Assembly (NCBI GenBank): GCA_000743035.1
Contig: CP008938.1
Coordinates: forward strand, 1 to 32,000
Source of the DNA: Candidatus Paracaedimonas acanthamoebae
GTDB taxonomy: Bacteria > Pseudomonadota > Alphaproteobacteria > Caedimonadales > Caedimonadaceae
Length of the DNA: 32,000 nucleotides
Reading direction: 5' to 3'
Shown: one piece after another, positions 16,877-24,563 of the stretch
Numbering within the stretch: position 1 is the first letter of the stretch
How the letters are laid out: every line of letters begins with the position of its first letter
Notes under the pieces: model-generated
What the model was told of the DNA's origin: nothing
What the model saw: the letters and a program-made list of their open reading frames with translations, nothing else
The model's database searches: none
Translations under genes and position numbers: made by a program

Positions 16877-17038
16877 ATGACGCTAAAAATTGATGAACAT
16901 ATTGTTACATTAAAAGTTAAAAAAAAGATTGTTGATCTTGTTGATGCAGAGCGCAGTAAATATAGTAGCCCTAGAAGCTCTTGGATTATACAAGCTATTG
17001 TAGAGAAGCTTGAAAGAATGGGATATGAAATAAATTAA
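16877..17038 (+). CDS. Small ribbon-helix-helix (CopG/Arc-like) protein, 53 aa (too short for the ORF track)
   Basis: MTLKIDEHIVTLKVKKKIVDLVDAERSKYSSPRSSWIIQAIVEKLERMGYEIN. The SSWIIQAIVEKLER helix is typical of RHH helix B. It is preceded by the promoter/operator above and followed by a strong hairpin. Confidence 0.5.
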   Translation: MTLKIDEHIVTLKVKKKIVDLVDAERSKYSSPRSSWIIQAIVEKLERMGYEIN

Positions 17039-17073
17039 ATAAAAATCTTAAAGAAAGAAAATAATTAAAGGTT

Positions 17074-17105
17074 GTTAAGAACGTTGTTGACGCAACGTTC
17101 TTAAC
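17074..17105 (+). terminator. Perfect 13-bp-stem hairpin downstream of the RHH ORF
   Basis: GTTAAGAACGTTG (17074-17086), loop TTGACG, CAACGTTCTTAAC (17093-17105), followed by TTT. Confidence 0.45.
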
Positions 17106-17118
17106 TTTAACAATGGTT

Positions 17119-17193
17119 CTACAAACAACCATCAAGTACTAATAAAATATTAACATATTTTATGTTAATGTCAATTAAAAAGCTTGTTTGTAG
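17119..17193. promoter_or_regulatory. Nested palindromes upstream of the first rep-like gene
   Basis: The outer arms are CTACAAACAA (17119-17128) and TTGTTTGTAG (17184-17193). The inner arms are ATTAACAT (17149-17156) and ATGTTAAT (17162-17169). The structure ends 25 nt before the ATG at 17218. Confidence 0.4.
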
Positions 17194-17217
17194 CACCTCA
17201 ACAGGAGGAAAAAGCAA

Positions 17218-18477
17218 ATGAGCTATTTGTCCAAGGGACGGTTGTGTCCTAAAAAAACCTCTGTAATATTGTGCTATCGGGCACCTGAAACCAATCATAG
17301 TTCCCCTTTAGTAGGAATGCTACAAGGGCAACTAAGTTACTGGTTTTCTAAAAAACCCCAAGGTTTTTATAAATTTTTAGAGCCCTGTAAGCATCCTTTA
17401 TATAAACAAGGCGATAGTTGGTCTGAAGAATTAGGGTTATCACGTCGCGTCTTTAATTCAACTTTTGATGCCATAGGTGTCCGCTATAAAACCAAAACAG
17501 AATTTATGAAGGCTAAAGATAAGTTTCTAGGAAAACCCTATGCTAGCTATCATGACAGGAAAAAAAACCAAACATTCTTTGTCCGTAATCCTAAATTATT
17601 TCAAGAGGTTAAAAAATCTTCAGAAAGCTATATATCTTCACTAAAACATTCAGAACCTGAAAGAGAGATTTCTAAGAACTCAAAGCCTTTAAATCAAAAG
17701 ATAAAAGCTGAAGAGAAGAGGGGACTTTCTACATCAAATTGTCGTTCCAAGAACGACACAAACAGTCGTTCCTATGCTGGCAATTCTGGGGGGACTATAG
17801 GGGGGAAGAATAATACTTCAGAAAATACTTCAACTTCTTCTCTCTCATCCAAAATTGATGAGAAGAATAAAATTGCAAATGATATGAAAAATATTTGGAT
17901 TGAGGAAATCGGGGAATTGGATGTTAATCACCTAACATCAACCCTCATTTCAAGGTTAAGCATATCTTACGGGACAGTTTTTAAAAGTTCTCTTGAAAAT
18001 TGGAGATCTTATTGTCGAAAAATAGCCTCAAGTAAATTCTTAATGGGAGAGAAGAGGGGGACAAACTTCAAAGCTAAGCTATCATGGGCAATCCAGTATG
18101 AAACCTATGAACGAATTCAAGCAGGTGATTTTACGTTGGGAAATCGAAAGATTGAAGAGAAACCAATAAATATGTCACCAGAGGAAGAAAAGAACGCTCG
18201 TGAAGAATTAAAACAGGAACTTCTTAATTCTTCTAAAGATCAAACTTGGATTGAGGCGTGTTTAAGATTGTGTGAAAAAATAGGGTACAAAACGGTTAAA
18301 AATTGGCTGTATCCTCTCAATATAACCACCATAAACTCTAAAGAAGTTGAGCTACAAGCGCCAAGTAAATTCATTAGGGATTGGGTTGAGAAGAATCTAG
18401 GAAAAGAGCTCAAGCATACTTTCCAAGAACTTTTAGGATCTTCTCTTGAATATTGCAGAATTACGTCGATAGCTTAA
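17218..18477 (+). CDS. Replication-initiator-like protein with a DnaA-domain-I-like C-terminus (419 aa)
   Basis: The C-terminal WIEACLRLCEKIGYKTVKNWLYPLNITTINSKEVELQAPSKFIRDWVEKNLGKEL follows the DnaA_N pattern (W..C...L......F..WL.PL......L.L..PN.F..DWV). The central WRSYCRKIASSKFLMGE...FKAKLSWAI motif is shared with the paralogue at 22770. An AGGAGG SD is at 17203-17208. Confidence 0.6.
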   Translation: MSYLSKGRLCPKKTSVILCYRAPETNHSSPLVGMLQGQLSYWFSKKPQGFYKFLEPCKHPLYKQGDSWSEELGLSRRVFNSTFDAIGVRYKTKTEFMKAKDKFLGKPYASYHDRKKNQTFFVRNPKLFQEVKKSSESYISSLKHSEPEREISKNSKPLNQKIKAEEKRGLSTSNCRSKNDTNSRSYAGNSGGTIGGKNNTSENTSTSSLSSKIDEKNKIANDMKNIWIEEIGELDVNHLTSTLISRLSISYGTVFKSSLENWRSYCRKIASSKFLMGEKRGTNFKAKLSWAIQYETYERIQAGDFTLGNRKIEEKPINMSPEEEKNAREELKQELLNSSKDQTWIEACLRLCEKIGYKTVKNWLYPLNITTINSKEVELQAPSKFIRDWVEKNLGKELKHTFQELLGSSLEYCRITSIA

Positions 18478-18543
18478 GAAATATAAACCTAGAAGATGAC
18501 AATTAATTTTTTAGATTGGAAGTAGGGAAAGGGCCTATAATAA

Positions 18544-18813
18544 GTGGTTAAAAGAAAGATACCAATGACCTTAAAATCATATATCAAAGCAAATGCTACT
18601 TCATTAATCGTTACTTTTTTCTGTCTGGGGATTTTTATAGGACTAAGTGGTTCTGGTGCTTTAATCCTTCTTTCATTTTTTATTGGTGTTTTTTTTGGCT
18701 TAAAGATTCAGGCGGGAAATTTAAAAAATCAATTTATAAAACAGGCTCAAGCGCTGATAATAGGAGAAACACCTTTAATCAAATTACCAAGTAAAAGAAA
18801 GAAGGTTCAATAG
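18544..18813 (+). CDS. Small membrane protein with two predicted TM helices (89 aa from GTG; an alternative ATG lies at 18565)
   Basis: Hydrophobic stretches LIVTFFCLGIFIGLSG and ALILLSFFIGVFFGL. No family recognised. Confidence 0.5.
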   Translation: MVKRKIPMTLKSYIKANATSLIVTFFCLGIFIGLSGSGALILLSFFIGVFFGLKIQAGNLKNQFIKQAQALIIGETPLIKLPSKRKKVQ

Positions 18814-18822
18814 AAACGTACA

Positions 18823-19422
18823 ATGTTTGTTATTTTTAAAAACAAAGAACTTTATGATGAACTCTGGGATAAGCATACTTCTGATAATCTGAAGAATCCT
18901 ATTGAATTCAATCTTGAAGCAATTGATTTATATGATCCTAAGAATTTACTTAATGAAGATTTATATCTTTTATGCTTAGACGAAGAAGAGGGGATCTTAG
19001 GGAAAGTTACCTTTTCTCACTCAAGTAACAATAACGAACTCCCTATCAATTTTGATCGGCCAACAACAGATTCAGCATTGATCATCAGAGATGTTGGCTA
19101 CCATATTTATGGTGACAGCCAAATTCATGATGATGGAGATGAGTTTGATAAGATCACCTATAAATTTTATCAGAGCGTTTTGAAGAACGCATCATGGATA
19201 TGCCATAAATTGTCGATAAAAAATATCATCACTATCAGTGATCATATCGACGATCATAAAGATCTTTCTTTTTGGGGAGGTTTTAAGTTTCTTACGCATT
19301 GGGAGTTGCGTGATAGCATTATAGGGATACTTTCATCTCATTGTGATAATTCAGCCCAAAACCAAAAAACAGAAAAATTTTGTCATATCATTAAATATAT
19401 ATCTTATGATGAACTGTTATAA
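18823..19422 (+). CDS. Hypothetical protein (199 aa)
   Basis: Open frame starting 9 nt after the previous gene. No motif I can name with confidence. Confidence 0.55.
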   Translation: MFVIFKNKELYDELWDKHTSDNLKNPIEFNLEAIDLYDPKNLLNEDLYLLCLDEEEGILGKVTFSHSSNNNELPINFDRPTTDSALIIRDVGYHIYGDSQIHDDGDEFDKITYKFYQSVLKNASWICHKLSIKNIITISDHIDDHKDLSFWGGFKFLTHWELRDSIIGILSSHCDNSAQNQKTEKFCHIIKYISYDELL

Positions 19423-20080
19423 ATGGTTAATAATCAGTTAACATAATCTTAACAATACCTTACTAATTGATTAATGATACATTAATTTTTTAAAAATTGA
19501 GATATAAGTCTTTTATCGCAATAAATGAGATAAAACATAATAAAATCAATAACTTTCTACTTGAAATTTTTAAAATAATTCTTATATACTACATTTAGTA
19601 AGGGCAGCAGGGGGCTGCCATAGTCTTCAAAAATACAGTTCTAAAAGCTCATAGGGGAGGGAGCTTTAGGTTAATAAAAAGCAATAAAAATCTACCTAAT
19701 TATAAGAACTTATAAAATCTCATACAGGGAAGGCTCAAAGATTCGCAATCACCCCCACTATCTCGCAAAAATTATCTAAATTCTTATTAAGGTAACCAGG
19801 CGTCTTTTTTATGCGCTTAAATTTTCTCAAAAAGGTGAGGAACTATATGCATTTACAGATAGAAATTTAGGCGTTAAGGTTCTCAATTATAACTTTAATG
19901 TTATAGCCAGAAATGGTTACGATGAAAAATTAGAATTTAAATTCTTCATACAATTTCAAATAATATAATTAGTGAAAATATAGTTTTAATTATTTTCTTC
20001 TAAAAATTTCACCTATCGAATATCTATTAATTTGAAATACAAAATTTTCAAATTTTTATTGAAAAGGAGTAAAAATAAAT

Positions 20081-21178
20081 GTGGCTAAAAAGGGGATATT
20101 AATGGATATAAAATTATATCTTAATCCATTTGTTTTTTTATTAATAAAGGATGGAAAAATTGTAGTTTGGGACTATAAAAATCATAATCAATATGAATTA
20201 GAAGAAGAGTATGTAAAAAGATTAATAAGGATATCTAAAGGGGTTACAGTAAAGAATGTAGCAAAAATTGACCAAGATCTTATTAATGCAGAATTAATTA
20301 GTACTAAACCATATATCTTACAAAAATGGGAATGGGATGAACTTTCTAAGATATATCACATTGGAACTCAAGATATTGATGGGGGTGTTTTACTAGAGGA
20401 CGATAAATGGGTTAATTGGTACCTTGAACTGTGCGATGAAATAAAAGAAGAATTTAATAATAAACACATTGAATATAATGGTAAGGAAATAAAATTACCT
20501 AAGCCTAAACTCGAAATTCTAGAATCAAGAAGTATGTGGGATGTAGAGAAATCAAGAATGACTACACGTTCGTTTAACGGTCTACCCATTACTATAGAGG
20601 AATTAAGTACAATTTTATTTTCAAGCTTTGGGTTGATTCATGGGAATTGGCAAGAACTTACTGATATGGGTTTCCAACAAACTGGGTGTAGAAAATCTTC
20701 ACCATCAGGAGGAGCACTTCATCCGGTAGAAGCATATATATTTGTTATGAATATAAAGGGGGTATCCCCAGGTACATACCATTATAATATAGCAAAACAT
20801 TGCTTAACTTTAATAAATAAACAGATATCATATAGTGACCTTAAAGAAATGCTATGTGGACAATTCTTTATGGAAGGATGTGCTCTAGGCATATTCTTAG
20901 TTGCCCACTATAACAAAGTTTGGAAAAAATATTCACATTCACGATCATATAAGGACGTGTACCTTGATGCAGGTCATTTATCGCAAACTTGTCTTCTAAA
21001 TGCTACAGCTTATAATTTTAGAACATGGATAAGTGCATGGTTTAATGATACTAAAGTTTCTAGTTACTTAAAAATATCTGGTATTGATGTTGCACCCTTA
21101 TTTTTTATAGCTTTAGGGCATGGAGATAAAAAAATTATACCACAAAAACTAGAGAATATTTTAAAAAACAAGAAATAA
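20081..21178 (+). CDS. SagB/ThcOx-type (nitroreductase-fold) dehydrogenase (365 aa; an alternative ATG at 20102 has a better-spaced AGGGGA)
   Basis: RMTTRSFNG...ELSTILF...GCRKSSPSGGALHPVEAYIFVMNIKGVSPGTYHYNIAKHCL...YKDVYLDAGHLSQTCLLNA matches the SagB-type dehydrogenase signature (R.S.R.F ... PSaGalyP.E.Y..v..v.Gl.pG.YhY.p..h.L). Confidence 0.75.
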   Translation: MAKKGILMDIKLYLNPFVFLLIKDGKIVVWDYKNHNQYELEEEYVKRLIRISKGVTVKNVAKIDQDLINAELISTKPYILQKWEWDELSKIYHIGTQDIDGGVLLEDDKWVNWYLELCDEIKEEFNNKHIEYNGKEIKLPKPKLEILESRSMWDVEKSRMTTRSFNGLPITIEELSTILFSSFGLIHGNWQELTDMGFQQTGCRKSSPSGGALHPVEAYIFVMNIKGVSPGTYHYNIAKHCLTLINKQISYSDLKEMLCGQFFMEGCALGIFLVAHYNKVWKKYSHSRSYKDVYLDAGHLSQTCLLNATAYNFRTWISAWFNDTKVSSYLKISGIDVAPLFFIALGHGDKKIIPQKLENILKNKK

Positions 21179-21246
21179 ACTACTTGACTAAAATTTTAGG
21201 TAATTTATTAAATTAAATAGAATTAAAATCAATCGGAGTATATTTC

Positions 21247-21318
21247 ATGAAAAAAATCAAATGTGAAAAGCTAGCAGTAAACCAATGCAAGATATTCTTA
21301 TTATTTGATAATAAGTAA
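21247..21318 (+). CDS. Candidate 23-aa peptide MKKIKCEKLAVNQCKIFLLFDNK (speculative)
   Basis: ATG preceded by a GGAG (21235-21238) at 8 nt, and 68 nt downstream of the SagB-type gene. It could easily be a chance ORF in AT-rich DNA. Confidence 0.15.
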   Translation: MKKIKCEKLAVNQCKIFLLFDNK

Positions 21319-21319
21319 C

Positions 21320-22207
21320 TTAATTCTTTATTTTGCTTCTAATATAGTTATATAAACTATCAACATTTTTATTTCCATATACATGTTTGTGATAAATGTA
21401 ATATATATCTATAGACATACTTGCAGACTGAGGAAATATATCAATTAAATTTGATTTTTCAAGTAAGCTTAATCCCGGCCAAATACTAGCTATTCCAACT
21501 CCTTGTTCTGCAAGCTTAAATTCTGCAATATTAGAGTTTATTGTTAAAAAGTATTCTCTTTTATTGTGATCTTTTCTTCCTTTTTGTAAAAGTGTATCCA
21601 CTTCCTGGAAGGCTAAACTTTCATCATCTGCAAAGCCAATAAGTCGATGATTATCTAAATCTTCAGGAGATTGAGGATAACCATATTTCGCAAGATATTC
21701 AGGACTTGCATATAATCTAAATTCAAATGTATATAAAAATTTTTGTATTAAGTCTTTTTCGTCTGTAATTTTTTGCCTTATGGCAACATCAATTTTATTG
21801 TTATCTAAATCAAAGTCAGTTGTATAAGATAATACATTTAGTTTTATCTCTGGGTACATTTCAACAAATCCAGGAATAAACCTTACAAGCCAATCAGCGG
21901 AAATACCTGAAGAAGTGCCTATTTTTAATGTTTCTTTAAGGATTTTATCAGGAGAGTTTAAAGATTTTTCTAAAGCATCAGCTTCAGCTAGTATAGTGAT
22001 AGTTGTTTGAAATAGTTTTTCGCCTTGTGGAGTAAGAGTAATTCCTCGAAAATGTCTATTAAATAGCTTACACCCTAAGCTTTCCTCTAAAGATTGCATT
22101 TGCCGCACTAAAGATGGCTGGCTTAAATCTATCTCTTTGCTTGCCTTTGTATAACTTCCATACTTAGCAACCCAATAAAATAACCTAAGCTTTGATAGAT
22201 CTAGCAT
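21320..22207 (-). CDS. LysR-family transcriptional regulator (295 aa from ATG 22207; the ORF-track start is 22228)
   Basis: The N-terminal HTH MLDLSKLRLFYWVAKYGSYTKASKEIDLSQPSLVRQMQSLEESLGCKLFNR is the canonical LTTR pattern. An AAGGAA lies 6 nt before the ATG at 22207. Confidence 0.85.
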   Translation of the reverse strand: MLDLSKLRLFYWVAKYGSYTKASKEIDLSQPSLVRQMQSLEESLGCKLFNRHFRGITLTPQGEKLFQTTITILAEADALEKSLNSPDKILKETLKIGTSSGISADWLVRFIPGFVEMYPEIKLNVLSYTTDFDLDNNKIDVAIRQKITDEKDLIQKFLYTFEFRLYASPEYLAKYGYPQSPEDLDNHRLIGFADDESLAFQEVDTLLQKGRKDHNKREYFLTINSNIAEFKLAEQGVGIASIWPGLSLLEKSNLIDIFPQSASMSIDIYYIYHKHVYGNKNVDSLYNYIRSKIKN

Positions 22208-22769
22208 ACAGAATTCCTTATGAGCCATAAAATACTTTGTACTATTATATATTTAGAATGCAAATGTAAGGATATAAATATTCGTTTAATCTCATTTTTT
22301 GCGATATAAAATTTATATAGAGATATTTGTTATTTGCATATTATTTTTAAAAAAATGCTTGAATTGCATATCACTATATGGTAATTTTTGATCATCACTT
22401 AGTTAAAGTGAATATGAATCGACAATATTTAGTAAGTTTTCCTCCATTAAGCTTATAAATCGATTCAAAGCCTCCCTGTAAATTTGCATCCAGTAATCTT
22501 AGGGTTACTGGGACCTTTTTAAGGGAAATTGAAACTGGAGTTGTAAGAAGAAAATAAAGTAGAGAAGCCCGCATTTATGATTTCGACGTCATTGCGGGCC
22601 TCTTGTAAAACCAACCAATGAAGAAAGGTTTACATTTCTATGTATGCACCAATTCAACATATTTGTCCATTGAATTATTCCTATGGTACCTATGCATTAG
22701 GCGCATACCTTAATTTAGCATCTCACCCTGTTGGGCTTCTTCAGATGAATATAAAGAAGGATTAGAGAG

Positions 22770-24230
22770 ATGCACTACCCTCATGCCACTTCTTCATTTC
22801 TTAAGCTTCGCCCTATTATGAAGTCTGTCATCAGAGAAGATTTAGTAGCTCTTACTAAAGACTATAGAGCTGCTGTTGTATTGCATCAGCTTATTTACTG
22901 GACAAAGCGTGTTTATGACTTTGATAAATTTTTACAAGAAGAGCATGACCGAAATCCTGAGTGTAATGTAGCCTTTAGGCATGGTTGGATTATTAAAACA
23001 GCTCAAGATCTTTCCGATGAAACATTGCTTGGTTTTTCTCGTCAAACGATGCGCATAATTTTAAAAAAGCTTATCGACCTTGAGGTTATTGAAGAGGCAT
23101 ATCTTGATGATAATAAATGGGACAAAACTACCAAATATAGGCTGAATCTAGTTAAACTACAGGAAAGATTATTTGCACTTGGCTATCCTTTAAGTGATTT
23201 CACAATGGTAGAAAATTCGCATAACTCCCGAATGTTAAGTTCACAACATTCGGAAGTAGATTTTCGACCTCCGAGTGTTAAAAATTCAGCGAACAATATA
23301 GATAAGAGATTACACACAGAGAGTATAAAAGATATCTCTCCTTCTCCTACCTCTTCCTCATTCAATCAAAAAGAAGAAGAAAAAGAAAACATTGCAAACG
23401 AGATGAAAGAGATTTGGATGGAAGAGATTGGATCTCTTGAGATTAGCCAGTTAACACCTTCTCTAATCCTGAGTCTTCATCAAGCCTTTCAGAGCCTTTT
23501 TGGTGCTTCTCTTGTCACTTGGAGATCTTATTGTCGGAAGATTGCCTCAAGTAAGTTCCTCATGGGTGAGGGGGGTAATAAGCATTTTCAAAAACCTTGG
23601 CTTACTTGGGCCATTAAGGAAGAGACTTTTCACAAAATTGAATCAGGTCAGTTTACTTTAGGCGATCGCATTGCCTTTCTTCCAGAAGCAAAAAATGAAG
23701 AAAATAAGCCAGAAAAAGAAGAAGAATTACGTCAAAAACTTCTCTCTTCTTCACATCATCCTTTGTGGAAAAAAGTTTGTCTACTTCTAACTGATAAGCT
23801 TGAAGTCTCCCTTATTCGTCAATGGCTTTTAGAAATGGATATTGTCTCTCTTACCCAAGAAGAGGTTTGCATTAAGTCTCCTACTTTGTTTGCAAGAGAC
23901 TGGGTCAGCAAGAACTTAAAGGCTCAGATCTTATCGGCTTTAGAAAAAGCTTTAGGCCATCCAGTTAATCATCTTAAAATTGAAGTTCCCCAAAACTCTG
24001 GCACCCTCCCTATGTCAGAGTTGGTAGAAGGAGGGTCCCCCAATAGCTCTCCTTCTACTTCCTTATCCAACCCAAGTTTTGATGCTCCTTCAGCATCAAA
24101 TGCAGAGGAACATAGTGTTCCTCGAAGCTCCCCTTTAACTTATCCCAGCAGTTTAAATGCTGCTGGGTCTTTTTCAAGGGAGCTGCATTTAAAGTACAAT
24201 GATCACAAGTTAAATGGAGTAAGCGCATGA
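22770..24230 (+). CDS. Replication-initiator-like protein, paralogue of 17218-18477 (486 aa; an alternative start lies at 22818)
   Basis: Shares NIANEMKEIWMEEIG...WRSYCRKIASSKFLMGE...TWAI...G.FTLG.R and the DnaA_N-like C-terminal module (WKKVCLLLTDKL...IRQWLLEMDIVSLTQEEVCIKSPTLFARDWVSKNL) with the first copy. The N-terminus looks like a winged helix. Confidence 0.6.
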   Translation: MHYPHATSSFLKLRPIMKSVIREDLVALTKDYRAAVVLHQLIYWTKRVYDFDKFLQEEHDRNPECNVAFRHGWIIKTAQDLSDETLLGFSRQTMRIILKKLIDLEVIEEAYLDDNKWDKTTKYRLNLVKLQERLFALGYPLSDFTMVENSHNSRMLSSQHSEVDFRPPSVKNSANNIDKRLHTESIKDISPSPTSSSFNQKEEEKENIANEMKEIWMEEIGSLEISQLTPSLILSLHQAFQSLFGASLVTWRSYCRKIASSKFLMGEGGNKHFQKPWLTWAIKEETFHKIESGQFTLGDRIAFLPEAKNEENKPEKEEELRQKLLSSSHHPLWKKVCLLLTDKLEVSLIRQWLLEMDIVSLTQEEVCIKSPTLFARDWVSKNLKAQILSALEKALGHPVNHLKIEVPQNSGTLPMSELVEGGSPNSSPSTSLSNPSFDAPSASNAEEHSVPRSSPLTYPSSLNAAGSFSRELHLKYNDHKLNGVSA

Positions 24231-24496
24231 GCCAAAAGTTTTCTCTTATTAAGGCCTCAGAAGTTGATCATCAGAAGGAAGAAATTGAATCACCTAAGCA
24301 CTATGTAGAAGGTCGGACGATCGAACCTATCACTCTCATTGAAGATTGGAATCTTAACCATCATTTAGCTTGTGCTCTAAAGTACATCTCGAGAGCAGGC
24401 CGAAAACATGATGGGGTAAAAGATTTACGGAAGGCGATATGGTATCTCGAGCGACGAATAAAATTAATAGAAAAAAAGAATATTTTAAAAGATTAA
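24227..24496 (+). CDS. DUF3310-like protein (89 aa)
   Basis: SPKHYVEGRTIEPITLIEDWNLNHHLACALKYISRAGRKHDGVKDLRKAIWYLERRI follows the DUF3310 pattern (P.HY...IE.i.vie.w.L.f.lgNalKYi.RagrK....eDL.KA.wYL). Its ATG overlaps the rep stop (ATGA). Confidence 0.65.
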   Translation: MSQKFSLIKASEVDHQKEEIESPKHYVEGRTIEPITLIEDWNLNHHLACALKYISRAGRKHDGVKDLRKAIWYLERRIKLIEKKNILKD

Positions 24497-24507
24497 ATAT
24501 AAAAAAA

Positions 24508-24545
24508 TAGCCTGCGCTCTGACAGCGAAACTGAAGCGCAGGCTA
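24508..24545. terminator. GC-rich hairpin between the rep module and the T4SS operon
   Basis: TAGCCTGCGCT (24508-24518) pairs with AGCGCAGGCTA (24535-24545), giving an 11-bp perfect stem and a 16-nt loop. An A7 run precedes it, and no T-run follows. Confidence 0.35.
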
Positions 24546-24563
24546 CAAGGTAGTACATTATTA

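Noticed and set aside
19690-19790. A possible transposase HTH remnant (translation ELIKSHTGKAQRFAITPTISQKLSKFLLR)
   Set aside because: Only 29 codons lie between stops, and the resemblance to IS630/IS3 N-terminal HTH motifs is too short and generic to support a call.
22715-22735. A single ACCCTGTT (a rotation of the octamer unit) upstream of the second rep gene
   Set aside because: One 8-mer match is expected by chance about once in a window of this size on two strands.
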